A stretch of 64,000 bases of DNA from Catajapyx aquilonaris (Eukaryota), in the NCBI GenBank assembly GCA_000934665.2, contig JYFJ02001992.1:1-64000 (forward strand), in the 5' to 3' direction. The notes beneath the pieces are model-generated. The model had not been told where the DNA came from. It made no database searches and was given only the letters and a program-made list of their open reading frames with translations. The position numbers and the translations under genes are program-made. Shown in pieces: positions 1 to 13,820 of this stretch (its first letter is position 1; every line of letters begins with the position of its first letter).

Positions 1-3000
1 CCGGCCCACTCCCGTTCCGCCGGGCCTGACCCAGAAAAACATGCGGCATTCCATATCGGTCACATGTCCAAGTATTTTGACCCCAACAATTAGGGATGTA
101 TTTGCGTAAGAGCACCCATATTTAGTAACAGGAGTCGTGACCCATACAAGATTTAATATGTTCAGTTTCAATCCTGGGTCATGCATAGCTCGCGAGAATA
201 TCATAGCTACGTTTTGCAGATATACCGTTAATTTTCAAGTATCCAAATAATTCTTGTACATGTGACCGATCGAATGCTACACGCGTTTTTTCTGGTAACA
301 TTTTCGAGGAAAACAAATTCCATAGGCGCATTCTCCTCATGTTTCTCTTTCATTGACGTATATGTTGATCGGGTTTTGACCACCTCCAAGAACCGAAAAA
401 AAATCAAGAAAAGGCCAAATTTCCAATAATCCGCGATTTTTCCCCTCCCCACGGTATTTCGCAATTTGGCTGAAACTTGATAAGCAGTATTATGGTATAG
501 GTGTGTACAGTTGTGATTTTTCTCAGCAAAATCCGAGATGGTCTAGTAACATTTAGGCCCACTTGATTGGAGTAAACCCCTATATTTGAGGATTTTGGTT
601 TTTTGACTGCCCCGAGGTCAAAAACAAATCGAAGACAAAATGGTCCTGCTGAGTTACGAGTGACCTAAGAAACATGAAAATAGCGATGAATTTCCATGGA
701 CAAAATAGTGTAATATCAGCCCACGTATTGGATTTATTTTTTCCCCACATTTAACTACTGGCCTACTTCATCAAATATATGTGTATTTGGCTTGTCACGT
801 GATCGACATGTTTAGTTCCATTGAGCATAGCTGTATAGGGTTGTGATTTGGCTAAAAGGGATTATAACCTAAAGGTACATAAATATAAATAAATCTAGTA
901 ACAATGAACTCACGATTTTATACGAATTTTTTTTCATAGACTACTTGGTGTTTCCGAATTTTTACAATTTGTCAATTGCCACGCGTTTTATTATTTGTGT
1001 AATGATTCCTTAATTAAAAGCCAATTCACAGTACTTTTCTGTTTTTGATGTTGATCAATCTCGTGTTAGTTTTCCACATCTGATTTTCTCTTGCAGGCAT
1101 TGTTTTATTGAAGGCCTAATAAAGCAAGGACTTATGTTTCTACAAAATAATATTACATGGGTTACCAGAGGCCCTTTAGTAAAGATAATAAATACACAAA
1201 CTTCCATGACAGAATATTGCAGTAAAAAAGCTAAACAAATTAAAGAACTACAAAATAGCCAAACAGTAGTTCTGCAATCAATATTGTACCTGCGAGGGGG
1301 CTATTGGTCGTGTTCAGACGATTGCTTTCTTTGGCTCAGGTGACAAAAAGACAACTTAAAGGAGAGCAAATGGCAGGCTTTTTCCGCCTTGATCGATGGA
1401 CTCCAAGTTGGCCAGTTGGGTCAAATAACACACTTGGATTAGTACTTTGTTTTACCTTATTATTGCTCTCCTCTTCCTGGGCCTAATAGTTCTCTCTATT
1501 GAAACTGGAAGACAATGTGCCTGTAATAAAATCAAAGGACGAGAAGAATCTTCTGGGAGTTCTTGATGTCATTCTTTGGACATATGCCTACAGATGTCAC
1601 AAAATTCAAGCGTCTTCAGTAACAACAATTACGATTGAACACAATCGAGCTTCGAGGTAAAAAGTACTACTTGAAATATCCTCAAGTTTTATTGGCATGA
1701 AAAAGCACACACTTTGACATACACGATCAAAAACAATCGTGAAGGAGGTAATCAGGTAACATGCCCTTTCTGTGCCCGCTGTCATTCATTGCCCATAACA
1801 CCCAAGGTCAACTCGTGTCAACCTTTACGCAAGAAATAGAGCGAGATATTGATCGAAAGAGCACGTTGGAGGGGACGGGAAAGGGTGAGGGAGGGAAGGG
1901 AATGGAGGGAGCTGGGGCATGGGAGGGGGGTACGAAATTAATGAATCGTCAACTTTACGGGCGCATATTCCTCTTTTTTTCTGAGCCTAAAATCAACGAG
2001 GACAACAACGTGGTCCTTGGGACCAATAACGTGGCGAGTTCAATAATTATTTAAAATAAGGGTCAGGGATCACAGGGGAAGGGTCAAACGGCGTTCTCTC
2101 CAGGGAGAGAAATTATGTTCTTTTTTTTCTGCTCCCCCAGATTGACTCGGGTACATTTTTTATATATATATTTTTTGATGGGGTTAGGAAACGAAAGGCA
2201 TGTATGCAAAATTGTGGCACCTCAGCCCAATCTCTTCTTTGGCTGTTTTTTAAATACTTTTTATGGCGGTTTCGATATTGATTTATTTTATTTTTATTTA
2301 TTTTTTTTGCTGCAAGGAAAACTCCTAGATTTGGGGAAACATTTGGAGAACAAACAGGACTACCGTAAAAGCGTTGAAAGTTAGAAAAAGATGGCTCATC
2401 TCATTACTGATTCAAGGATATTGGGATATTAATATTATGAAGAGATATAATGGAAGATATACCTAGGCTATCAATACCTTTTGGTAATTTTGTGAGTCAC
2501 CTACTCAAAAACGCTAGTAAAATTGGTTTTTCAACTAACCCTGGAACTTGCTGTCGACTTGGCAATAGTGTAAAGAACACAAGCTGCGGAGTATTTCAAT
2601 GCAATTATATTTTTTTAAAATCCCAGGCGCTCTGTTCCTCAGTCCTCACTTAGCATCAATTATTTTTCTCGTCTTACTCTTTGCTTTTTTTTTTCAGACC
2701 TTTGTCGAGGTACAAATGGGGGAGAGGGAAGGTAAAATTTTTGTTTTTTTTTTTCGTCTTAGAAATATTTACAACTCATTCGAAAAGGGTGCAGAGAAGC
2801 GATGAAATTCAATCTGTACAATCCGTTATCAACGATTTGAGATGATCACCTTTACATTGTTGGCAATTTGGGTTGAGATTAGTTTTCGAGGATTAGAAGT
2901 GGAATTAGCATGAAGGATGGCTCTTTGAATCAAAAAGTTTTCAAAAAATCATTTAATTAAAAGTGGGAAGGTAACCGATTTCATATTCTCTTTTTTTTTA

Positions 3001-3107
3001 CGGAACTCGTTGTTATCAATCCGTGCAGATATTTAATTCTTATGTACTATAATATGTAATATATATAACTTATATATATATCTCTCTCTATATATATATA
3101 TTTCACA

Positions 3108-3754
3108 GGGCCGGTTGTACCAACGCAGGTTAACACCAGGGTTTTTCACCCCCTCAACCGACGAAAGTGTTGTCCCAATATGTTACTACGCAGGTTACAT
3201 TTCACCTGATAAATTTGCATGTGTTAATACTGCATGTAATTCCTACACCAATTGTCGGTGACCACCCTTCAAATATCAAACAAATGTTAAATAATGCCCG
3301 ATGACCGCAAAACAAATGGAAAAAAGTGACGATTGAGGTGTCTGAAGGGGATAAGAACAGTGGGAAGGGAACAACAGCACTGGCAGCCCGGCACACAGTC
3401 CAGCCCGCGCCCCCAGCCCCTCGGTTCCTACTAACCTCTGACCCCTAAATCGACCACCAAGAATCGAGGCCTAAGTGGCATAAACTGATGCTAGTCTGGG
3501 CGCCGCCATATTCGGAAACCGCTCACTTATGGAGCGAATGGGGAATATTTCTTACATGTCACAGGGAGTAGGTTCCGGCAGGTTTCCGGCTTCACTCCAG
3601 TTTTATGCCAGTTAGTTCACCTGAATGTTACCTCAACTCTAGATGGTACACGTGCAACACTTTCGCCTTAAAATAATTAATATAGGTTTTTAAGTGCAAA
3701 CCTAAAGTTTGTTAACCTGCTTAATTTTTAAATCACAGTTGGTGTAACCGGCCC
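3108..3754. mobile_element. MITE with GGGCCGGTTG-type TIRs (PIF/Harbinger/Tourist-like), copy 1
   Basis: gggccggttgtaccaac...gttggtgtaaccggccc; internal sequence shared with 6730-7450. Confidence 0.8.
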
Positions 3755-6729
3755 TCAATTGCAAAATTCAACAACAACCGAAATGAACATTGAGCCCCGT
3801 TTATCTTGACTGTTGTATGATCGCCGCAAAATTTACACACACACAAAAAAAAAAATTATATCATCAGTTGGTGGTCAACAGAAAGGATACTCCCATCCTT
3901 TGTCCCTCTCACCTTATTCGTGTCTTTTTTTTTTTCGCGATAAATCCCTCAAATGCTTAACAACAAACAATTTGGGTGTAAAACAATCGGTGACAAACAG
4001 TACATTATTTACATATTTTCTTCTATATACACGATGTTTTACAAAGCCGCTTTCTCAGTTATTCGATATAAAAAGGATATCCGTATTGCAGCTGAACTTG
4101 CCAGCCCAAGAACAAAAGGCAATGTAAGAATGTCCGGGTTGGGGGGGTTGTGTTGGGGGGTAGAGGGTATGCGTCTTGTAGGAAGGTAACAATGGTAAAG
4201 GGGGGAGGGGGGTAGGGTTGGGCAGGGAAATGGGCTTGGGGTCTTTAAAAGACAAGCAAGCTGTGTTTTGTTCCTGTGTGACCCAAGGTGCGTTTGGAAC
4301 CCAAGATTATCAATCCTGCTTTCCAAAAATTTGGGCCAACCGCTGGATTTCTTGGTTTCCTAGCAGTTGGATCAGATTTCACGAAGGCGGGGTCAAATGA
4401 ACCGTGGTGTCACACACGTCTTGGGTCATACAGATGTTTTAGTACTTTTCTGGTTGTAAATTTCTTGTCTTACGCATGTTTTCTTCCATCCATTCCGAAG
4501 GTGGTTAGGAGTAGTAAATTTGAGCTAAAAGGTTTTAAGAGGTAAACTCTCATATTTTTTCGCACCTACTGTACGTAGTGCCCACGCCCACTGCAAAGTT
4601 TGGTTTTTTTTACTGACTACAAATTATGTCACTTCCTGGCTACACTTTTTTTTTTTCTTGCTAATGATTCGACATTATTCGTTAAGGAGTTTCGGGCCTG
4701 AGAGTAACATTACTATCATGCAGCGACTATTTGGAAACATCTATAGTACCTGATAATTTTCCTTACTGGAGATTAATTAATTAATAGTCTGTAATTAATA
4801 ATTAATTTCATTATACTTTTTTATTCATCAGATCTTACTAAACCTTTTTGTCCCCCAAAAAGCGCCTCCTACGAGTATTTTTTTTCTTCTAGCAGATTTA
4901 CGACACTACGGAGCGTTTGCCAAAGTCACCTTCTTATCACTGTATCTTTTTTTTGTTTAAATAACGCGTTTATTACCAAATTCGAACTGTCGACTAATGA
5001 CTAAGGGACCAGTTTGATTCTTTATTTATTAGATGAATCGTTGTTTGAGAATCTCCCGATGGCAGGTGTGACGGCCGGAATCCTTTGCTGCAAATATTTA
5101 GTATAATAATTATAATTCCCTCGAGGAACAAACACTATAAGACTCATTTGACTTCTTTTTTTTTTCCTATCTGGTGCATACACTGAAAAAGTTAGAACCG
5201 ATTCTAAAACTGTACAAATTGGGCCCTGGCAGTGACTGGAGCGTAAAATCCAACAATGTCAGGACTCTCCATGTCCATTTTCAGATTCGTACATTTTTAC
5301 TTGTTTGTTTGTTTGTTTGTTTGTTGTTGTTTTTTTTCCAGTGTGTGACTCAGAAAAATGTGGGGGTTATCGAGGAGAAGGCCTCTCTATCACGTGCACT
5401 GTCACCAGTCGGGTCAAACTGATCAGAATATAGAAGAAGAAAAAATTGGAAATAAATGCAGGGACAGTATGCTAAGCTGTTATGTTTTTCTTCTATTGAG
5501 CAGGCTGATGGGTTTAGAATTATTTTTATTTTTTTTTCCTTTCTCAAAGTAGCCCACAGCAAAGAGGAAAGAGTGTGGCAGCTTCGGTTAAAAATTTTTT
5601 CAAACAGTTTCTTTTTCATTACCTACAATGTCAGAGCACGATGAAAGAGAAGGCGAACGAACGAACAAAAAAATTTTTTGGACATTTTTATAGGGGACGT
5701 ATAAAAATTCTCGCAACTTCTTTCTCTACTACAATATGGCGGCGGCGGATATGTGGGCAGGGAAAAAAGTCCTCCAATTTTTTCGGGGTGGGCGGAAAAA
5801 GGGGGGGGGTGGGGATGGGGGGTAGGGAGAAGGGGTAAGTTCTAAGAGTTTCTTTTTGGGAAAATTGGGTATTTTTCAGGGAAAAAGGAGGAGCTGGCTG
5901 GGCGGCAGCAAAAATGCTATACAGTACTTATGTACGAACTCTAAACCCGAGCCTACGAGTACATGAAGCAGCACGAAGGTAGCCCCGATGTACTAACAAG
6001 CACTTAAAACAGTGCTCCAAAAAATCCTATGTAGTAGTGGTAGTCGTTGTTAAATAATAAAATTGAGTAACCAACGAGAAACAATCAATAATATTGAAAC
6101 ATGTCTAATAACATGCAGGTAAACATTGTTCTTTTTTTCTTTTTCGCTGTCACTCTCGTTCACATTCATACACACGTACACTTTCAGAACTTACAAACGA
6201 CATGGTTCATTATAAGGGTAAAATGGCCGTGAATATATATATTTTTTTAACGATCTGGTAACGTGACGTTGGAAATACGTCACAGTACCGTTTTATCACG
6301 GACTTATGTCATGAAAGATCAGGATTTCTACTGGCGTCTTCTTTACAACATTTTATAATACTCATTGTCAAACCTGAATTTGGAAAGGGATCTACAACCG
6401 AAACGATCTCCTTTGAACGCAATTGCTCTGTCTTATGGACATGATTTTTATCAAAAAAGGTTAGATGGTACCTTAGGTTGTAGTCATCACTCCCCCAAAA
6501 AATTAAAAAAAAAATGGCAGAAATGTATACGAGCATAAAAATAGGCAAACTCAGGAAAAAATTCCAAATTCTTGGAAATTCACGCTTCTAAAATTAAAAC
6601 ATTGTTCAAAACTGTGTTTGATGGCTTGAAAACCGACATATCTCCACAATCCGCTTGGAAATCCAACTTGTCATTACTTGAAACCTGATCATAATCACAA
6701 GTAGTTCCAGGGTTACGAACTGAGTCTTA

Positions 6730-7450
6730 GGACCGGTTGCACCTTGCACGCACGCAGGTTAACACTAACCTTAGGTTTACAATCCACTTAGCTGACGAAA
6801 GTGAGATAGGCCTACCAATACCACTTAGCGCAAATCCGCACTAACTGGTCAAAGTTCAGCCTGCCCAATAATCTCCGGTTAATGTAGACGGCCGCCAATC
6901 ATAACCCGAATTAGGCCATCCTTAATTTTAACACAGCCTTAATTTAAAAATCGGTGATCACCCGGAATTGCCAGCTGTTGTTCAGGCCTTAAGAAGGCAA
7001 TAGGAAACAAAAATATGTGAATACATACCGGAAAATGTCGATCATGATCGAGGATATCTGGGGGGATCGACATGGTTGAAGATATCGACGGGGATGTCCT
7101 GCAAACCGTCAGGCCCGGTCACTTACCCCATTCCCTTCCCCACCCATCACCACCTCAATCAATCACCAATCGGCTAGGCCTTAACTGGCACAAACTGATG
7201 CTCGTCTGGGCGCCGCCATGTGGGGAAACCGCTCACTTTGGGAAGCCAATGGGATATCGGCTTTCCTTGTCACAGGGAGTAGGTTCCGGCAGGGTTCCGG
7301 CCTCACTCCAGATTTATGCCAGTTTGCTAACCTGATGTTTACCTTAACTCCAGGTGGCACTTATACAACACTTTCGCCCGAACCCTAGGTTTAAATGAAA
7401 ACCTAAGGTTTGTTAACCTGCTGTTAAACCTCCGTTGATGCAACCGGCCC
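6730..7450. mobile_element. Same MITE family, copy 2, TTA target duplication
   Basis: tta-ggaccggttgcacc...gatgcaaccggccc-tta; shares tcacagggagtaggttccggcagg and other blocks with copy 1. Confidence 0.8.
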
Positions 7451-7569
7451 TTATTGTGCTTTTTTTTCCAAAGGGGGCATAAGTGCGTGCTACATTTTTA
7501 ACAGCTTTTTTTGGTCTACACAAGTAGCTCTAGAGGGGGCTATGTAGATACCATGTTACTAGAGCAGGC

Positions 7570-7570
<1 letters not shown>

Positions 7571-7629
<59 letters not shown>
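7571..7629. repeat. (AAT)n microsatellite
   Basis: Visible tandem AAT. Confidence 0.95.
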
Positions 7630-7630
<1 letters not shown>

Positions 7631-8787
7631 CAAATTCGGAGAATTTTTGACAGGATTTCTTTAATTTTAAATATTGACTACTTAAGGAAAGGAGCTCAAA
7701 GCGATGCATCGCATAATTTGCAATGTTTTCCCGGAAATGAAAATAAAATGACAGTTAAGATGAGGGTGGGTCTTTAAAAAAATGGTAATAAAAATTCGGC
7801 AAAAAGCTCTACGTATAGATTCTGAGAGTATGAGATCACATGAAGAGAACGCTATGAGATTAACATTTTTACAGCACATTGGCTCAGTTCGGCTGAATAG
7901 AAAAGTATAGTGGCATGTCAGAGGCTCGACAGAAGTGTTGTTCAGTTAAATATCGTTTTCTTTTTTTTTATTTTCGAAAACTGTGTTCTTGGAAGAAATG
8001 TAGTCTTGCACCCGTTTTTTTTCTCTCTATTCTCCGGCGCGCCTGGCCTAATTTTTATTTGGAAAATAATTTAGACTGCTTTTCAACTACGTCACACCTC
8101 CTTTCGAGGCAGGTATTTTTTGCCAATAGTTTTTAGAAACGATTTTTATTTTGGTAAGAAAAAGCGAAAAAAAGCGTAGGGCACTCTTCATGGGAAGCGT
8201 CCTCATAGTATATCGAAATTGCATTCGAGACAATTAAAAAAAAACTTACATACTAATTCTTATAGCTTATAGGACAGTGAACCTGGCAACTACGTTATTT
8301 TTTCTATAATCGGACGAGGTTGTAGTATTCAAAGCACCATTTTTCTTTTCTTCTCAAAAGGCGGGAGGAGGATTGTTGTCATTTCCCACGGGAAGGACTG
8401 AGAGTTGAAGGGGGAGGCGGGGGGGGTTGGGGGTAGGGGGGGGGGGTGGAGAAATGAGGGTTTGATTTGTTCGTCCAATAAAAAAATTGTGGGGGCAGAA
8501 TCTCTAACACAGATTTTTTGCAGTCTGCGGTGACGGAGTAACATTTTCCCTAACACAGTATAACTGTGGGTTTTGAGATTTAAGAAATTGAGATTTGCGA
8601 TGCGATGCTTTTTTTTGCTCCTTCCTTCCGTCCTTTCTTCTTCTTCTTTTCACCTCCAACGACCACTCCTGATCACAATCATCCAAAACAATCACCATCC
8701 TCATCACCATCACTATTTTTTTTTAAGCACAAGGCGCGCCCACACAGCCTATTTTCCTTCCTTCCTTCCTTGTCATTTTTTCTCTGC

Positions 8788-8818
<31 letters not shown>

Positions 8819-9532
8819 CTCCTCTTCTTTACTTTCTGCTTCTTCTTTTCTTCTTCTGTGGTTCAGCCCTCAGCCTGAACACCATTTTTGTTGGCTCAGT
8901 GAAAGCTGAAGTCTTGGCACTCGAGATGACCCAAGAGAGGTAAACAGTACTCAAGGCATCTTTTCACTGGAAAAAGGGCGCTTTTCAACCTTTCTAATCA
9001 CAAGCAGCACTCATGCCTTTTAAGGTTCATATTATGAAAGTAACTGCACTTGTTCAACAAAAACACTGTCTGATTTGGGACTTAATGAAATGCATGCTGC
9101 ATTCGTAAATTTTGTAATTATAAAAACCTCACGTCGTGTATGATTGATAGTTTGATACTAATATACGAATTAGTGCGACCCATATTCTACATTATGGTGT
9201 GGTTCAATGCAGGCTTTAGCTTGCCAATGGCGTAATTAACAGAAATTATCACTGTAGGATCAGTCCTGTCGGTCAACACCGGCCTACATTTTCACTAATC
9301 TCTAGTAATTGAAATGTGACATCATGTACAAAATTGCACTCGGTATTTGGCATTGAAAATATCAGTACACTATTAATAACTATAACCGTCACTCGAAACA
9401 GAAACAAAACCTTGTTTTTCAATCACAAAAATCGTGAGAGAAAAAAAAAATCAGCCACATAAAAAGGCACCATATTAACCATCACCAGCACCACCACCAC
9501 CTGAAGAAAATTCAACGCAACTCACCAAATAG

Positions 9533-9687
9533 TCAAACATCCGTTTCGATGCTCACAGCGTTTATGTTATTATTGTGCCTTGGATTGCAATTTTGTTTGC
9601 TGATGTCATGGGTTAACAGGATCCCCTCTTCAAGTTCCATGATGTCAGATGAAGATTCGGATAAGGAATTCTTCTTGAGTTGCTGAC
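9533..9687 (-). CDS. Sh: Shaker C-terminal exon ending in PDZ-binding motif ETDV
   Basis: Acceptor caaccaacag|GT; reads GQQLKKNSLSESSSDIMELEEG...AVSIETDV with TGA at 9535-9533. The spliced CDS totals 1539 nt (512 aa plus stop). Confidence 0.96.
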
Positions 9688-9821
9688 CTGTTGGTTGTTG
9701 ATTTAGATTCGGCGTCATGATGATAATTGGTATGAAGAGGTGAGGTGTATGTAAAGAAAGAAGAACAAGAGACACTTTAGTTTACGCACAGGAACACATT
9801 GATTTAGACTACATTTAAATA

Positions 9822-9950
9822 TATCCTCCTGAGACCCCTGGTACAGTATACTGTACCTTTGTTTTTTTTCCTGCCCCTTCTGACTAACTCAAACGCGTAA
9901 AAAACAAAAGCAAAGGTACAGTATACTGTACCAGGGGTCTCAGGAGGATA
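9822..9950. repeat. Perfect 40-bp inverted repeat (mini-MITE-like) in the last Shaker intron
   Basis: 9822-9861 is the exact reverse complement of 9911-9950. Confidence 0.9.
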
Positions 9951-10098
9951 AAAGAGTGATAATTTTTCCATAAGTAATAACTAGTAATAAAGTTCAAGAA
10001 AATGTGAAAAAATATGTGAAACTCCTCACAGTGGAATACACTATTTACCTAAACACCAGTTACAACATAATATTCCCACTCAAGTGAGGAAGACTTAC

Positions 10099-10289
10099 CT
10101 AAAGTACCGGGCAAGTAAGGGCAGCTGGTAACATGGTTGAAGTTCTGGGACTGCATCTCCTCCTGATCTGTCTCCCTGTGGTAGAAGTAGTTGAAATTGG
10201 ACACAATGACAGGAACTGGAAGCGCTATCGTCAACACGCCAGCGATGGCGCACAGGGAGCCCACGATCTTGCCCCAAACCCCGACAGGT
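10099..10289 (-). CDS. Sh: Shaker S6 exon (PVP gate motif)
   Basis: [64 protein letters not shown]; acceptor catctatag|A, donor TTAG|gtaagt; 191 nt. Confidence 0.98.
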
Positions 10290-12017
10290 CTATAGATGAC
10301 AAACAAGAAAGAAAAGGACACGTTAGTGGAGGATTTCCCAAACTAAGGGCCCGTACTGTCACAAAGATCAGGCAGATCAGGTAATGGTTTGTTAACTATC
10401 ATGACTTTTTCTGAGACTTATGGACGATACCGATAGTCATTTTCATCCAAAAATGTGGCACAAATAACTCCAATGCAATAAACAATTTTTTTTTGAGTCT
10501 AGTGCACATTTCTTCAGTTACCAGATGTACCAGATCTCTGCTTTTTGAATCTAATACGCTGCATATCAAAAATTAACCAGCCAAAACTAAACAAAGTATG
10601 TTTCCAAAAATACTGAAGAGTGAGAAATTGCTAATAATAGGCCTAATATGTGACAATCAAACTTGAAAAGAAAGTAAAAGTGTGGGAAAACTCAGCAAAT
10701 AAGCTGCTCTATAAAATAGGACACTATGGATTCATAGTGACAGTGTGAAGAGCGACTGAGTGAGTCCACGTGCTATCAACAAAATCTACATCAATATAGG
10801 CCATTTTTTAAAAAAAATTTCCAAAGACAGATTTTGACTCTTTGGAAGAAAAGGGGAGTGTCAGATAAAAATAGATGAGAGTATGATACTTTTTCATGTA
10901 AAAACCAAAGTGAATAGTACAATAATGATAATAATAACACCAATAATGAGAATAATAATTCATGCTGGTGCAGAAGCGGCACCTTTTGCACTCTCACTTT
11001 AGAAAACATAACTTCATTATAGTTTTCACGATCTATTCCACTCCTCCAACACCATACTAATGTACCAATAAGTCGACGTGTTTAATATCCACCTGAGCCC
11101 TATTTTTCTCTCAGAGGCCCATATATACAAAATATAAATAGAGAGAATAACATATAAATTGCACACACATGCAAAAACAAATAACGGTGATACATGCAAC
11201 ATTTTGTCCGAGGCGAGCATAGAAGCACACACATAAGCACCTATTGTAGGAAGAAGACAGAGGAGAAGAAGAAGGATACGAGCCAGGAATAGTTGGGATA
11301 AAATGCAGTACAATGCAGTTGGTTGTTTTTTTTTCAGGTTTTGGTACAGTTAAATACAAACACACGTGTACACATGCAAAGAAGCGGACATAACACATAC
11401 AGGGTGGTTTGGTGCAGGAATAGGGAGAAACAAGTGGGGGAAGAGACACGTCGAAAAATTCTTTATATCGCTCGCTCTTCGAATGATTTTGCTGCAATGC
11501 TAAGGAAATATCTCCAAATATTCAATCGACTACCGAGGGTGTGATGACGTGCCTTATGTGACAGGCACGAATTATGTCCTAAATTCTGAATCTCACTGAT
11601 AGTGTATTTATGGTCTTTACGTTTAATGCACCACACTCAAGGCGTTTGACTTCCAAATGGTAGGCTAATTAATTTGAACTTTCAAGCACACAAGACATAA
11701 ATGACAGATTACACCACTTGTTCCAGAAGTAATCCGACATTCGTATAATTTACACTCCTAGCCAATCAGATGCAAGGATGAATTTCACTTTGCGAAACCG
11801 AGAAGTAAAACAAATTGCTGACGTTGACACCACTTGATACGATAGTATAATGTTGTCGACTACATTAATATAAACATCGAATTGATATTGAGAATACCAT
11901 ACACCAGAAGCCTGCTATTTTGATTGGCCAATGTAACCTCTTCTCTTCTCTATTACTACATACAACAGGGTGTTTCTCAAATCAGTCTGGATTTGTTCCG
12001 ATTGGAAACACCATGTA

Positions 12018-12908
12018 CAGGTGTTGGACAGAATAATAGGGCCCCTGCGAAAAGAAGTTGAAACTTTGCATCTGTTGTATTCGAAAACTGGAAAAGTTAC
12101 AAAGATGACCTTTACCTAGTTTTGAAGCTCTGTCGATGTACATTTGTTGAGGTATACAGATGATGCAAAAGTCACGAGAAGGGGGGAGAAAAAAAAGACG
12201 AACGATACCCTCCAGGCTCCATTTTTGACCAGAGTGTCCCACCCTTATAATTTGAAAACGAAAACAGTTACAGATATGAACGTGACTGAATTTTGAAGCT
12301 CTCTCGATGTCACTTTGTGTGGTATACAAATTGATCAGTTTTCACGCCAGGGGGCGGGGGGAAAAATAGAAACGGCATCCCCCTTCCCCGGCACTGTTTT
12401 AATACAAACAATGGAAAATTTTCCTCCCACTGCTAGTTACTGCTAACTTAGCAATACCAGTGCCAAATATGGTACTGATAAAGTGATAAGTTAGTAGCAA
12501 CTAGCAGTGGGAGGAAAATTTGCCATTGTTTGTATTAAAGCAGTGCCGGGGAAGGGGGATGCAGTTTATATTTTTTCCCCACCCTCTCGCGTGAAAACTG
12601 GTCAATCTGTATACCACACAGAGTGACATCGAGAGAGCTTCAAAACTCAGTCAAGTTCATATCTGTAACTGTTTTTGTTTTCAAAAATTAATGAAAAAGG
12701 TGTGACACTCTGGTCAAAAATCGGGCCTGCATTTCTTTCTCCTATTCTCGTGATTTTGGGGTCATCTGGTTACCTCAACAAATGTACATCGACAGAGATT
12801 CAAAACTAGGTAAAAGCCATCTTTGTAACTTTTCCAGTTTTCGAATGAAACAGACGCAAAATTTCAACCCCTTTTCGCAGTGGGTCCCATTATTCTGTCC
12901 AACCCCTG
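12018..12908. mobile_element. Long foldback MITE, TA-flanked (Tc1/mariner-type ends)
   Basis: ta-caggtgttggacagaataat...attattctgtccaacccctg-ta; the arms stay complementary almost to the centre near 12460. Confidence 0.9.
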
Positions 12909-13656
12909 TATATTACAGAGACGAAGAAGAGCGAGCTAAAACAAAACTAAAAGTAAAAGTATAGCGAACTGTTTTAGTTGGCACAGACTTTTAAAGGGAG
13001 ATTTTAATTCTCTTGCATCTGAAAGAGTCGGGGGGAATGTGAGCACCACGCAAAAGTGGATGACAAAAAAAAGGGAAATTGCACATATGTAAGCGCAAAT
13101 GCATTGTGGCAGCTGTACATGCCTACTGGAATTAAATGCAAACAATTAAATCATCAAATCTGAACTAGTTCGAAACTACTCCACCACAATTTCTTTACGC
13201 TAACCAATGCACGCAGGAAAGTTACAGGACAAAATGACATGGAGGTTACACGTAAACTACTGAGAAAAAACGGTCATATTGCAGGATTACACGAGACGCA
13301 CAACACTGAATGATCACCACCGATATAAAGAAGAAAAGAACAGAGGAGAGAAGAGGATGAGTTTTTCCAGTAATAATTTTGATTTTGGCAAATTCGGAAT
13401 GGGGCTTGGGCTATTTTAGAATTTTTTTTACTGTTCTGAACAGTCTGAAGCGAGCAAAGAATTTTCTGATGCGCCTACACAGGTGTAGTCAAGGTTGGGA
13501 CTTATTAGGGTCAAGATGTCATTTGGATGGAATTTGGTGAGTGTTAGGGTACAAAATGGATGGTATAGGGTGTAACCACGCGACTTTTGGCGTGGGTTAG
13601 GGGGGAGGTCAAAAGGGAGGAGAGGTAGACGCATGATCAAAGTGAGTACATCGTAC

Positions 13657-13786
13657 GTCATGTCACCATAGCCCACTGTGGTCATGGTTACAACAGCCCA
13701 CCAGAAGGCATCGGGGATAGACTTGAAGTAAGACTGCTCAGTGCCAGCCTCGGCGAAGTACACAGCACTTGAGAACAGAACCACAC
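13657..13786 (-). CDS. Sh: Shaker alternative pore exon P3 (turret GTEQSYF; filter TVGYGDM-T)
   Basis: Acceptor tgtctttcag|GT and donor ATGAC|gtacga; 130 nt. Reads [42 protein letters not shown], and AC|A gives Thr. Confidence 0.95.
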
Positions 13787-13820
13787 CTGAAAGACAACAC
13801 CCACACAGCCTTTAGATTAC

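Noticed and set aside
8573..8943. Low-complexity ORFs (poly-F/L, poly-N, poly-S, poly-T across the window)
   Set aside because: Translations of microsatellites or repeats; none resembles a known protein or transposase.
13428..13656. Read-through of the P3 ORF into the intron ([11 protein letters not shown]...)
   Set aside because: Homology stops exactly at the AC|gtacga donor and resumes in the S6 exon.
10290..13656. Search for a second S6/C-terminal exon pair as in Drosophila ShA vs ShB
   Set aside because: I saw none by eye here or downstream of the stop codon; a diverged copy could have been missed without tBLASTn.
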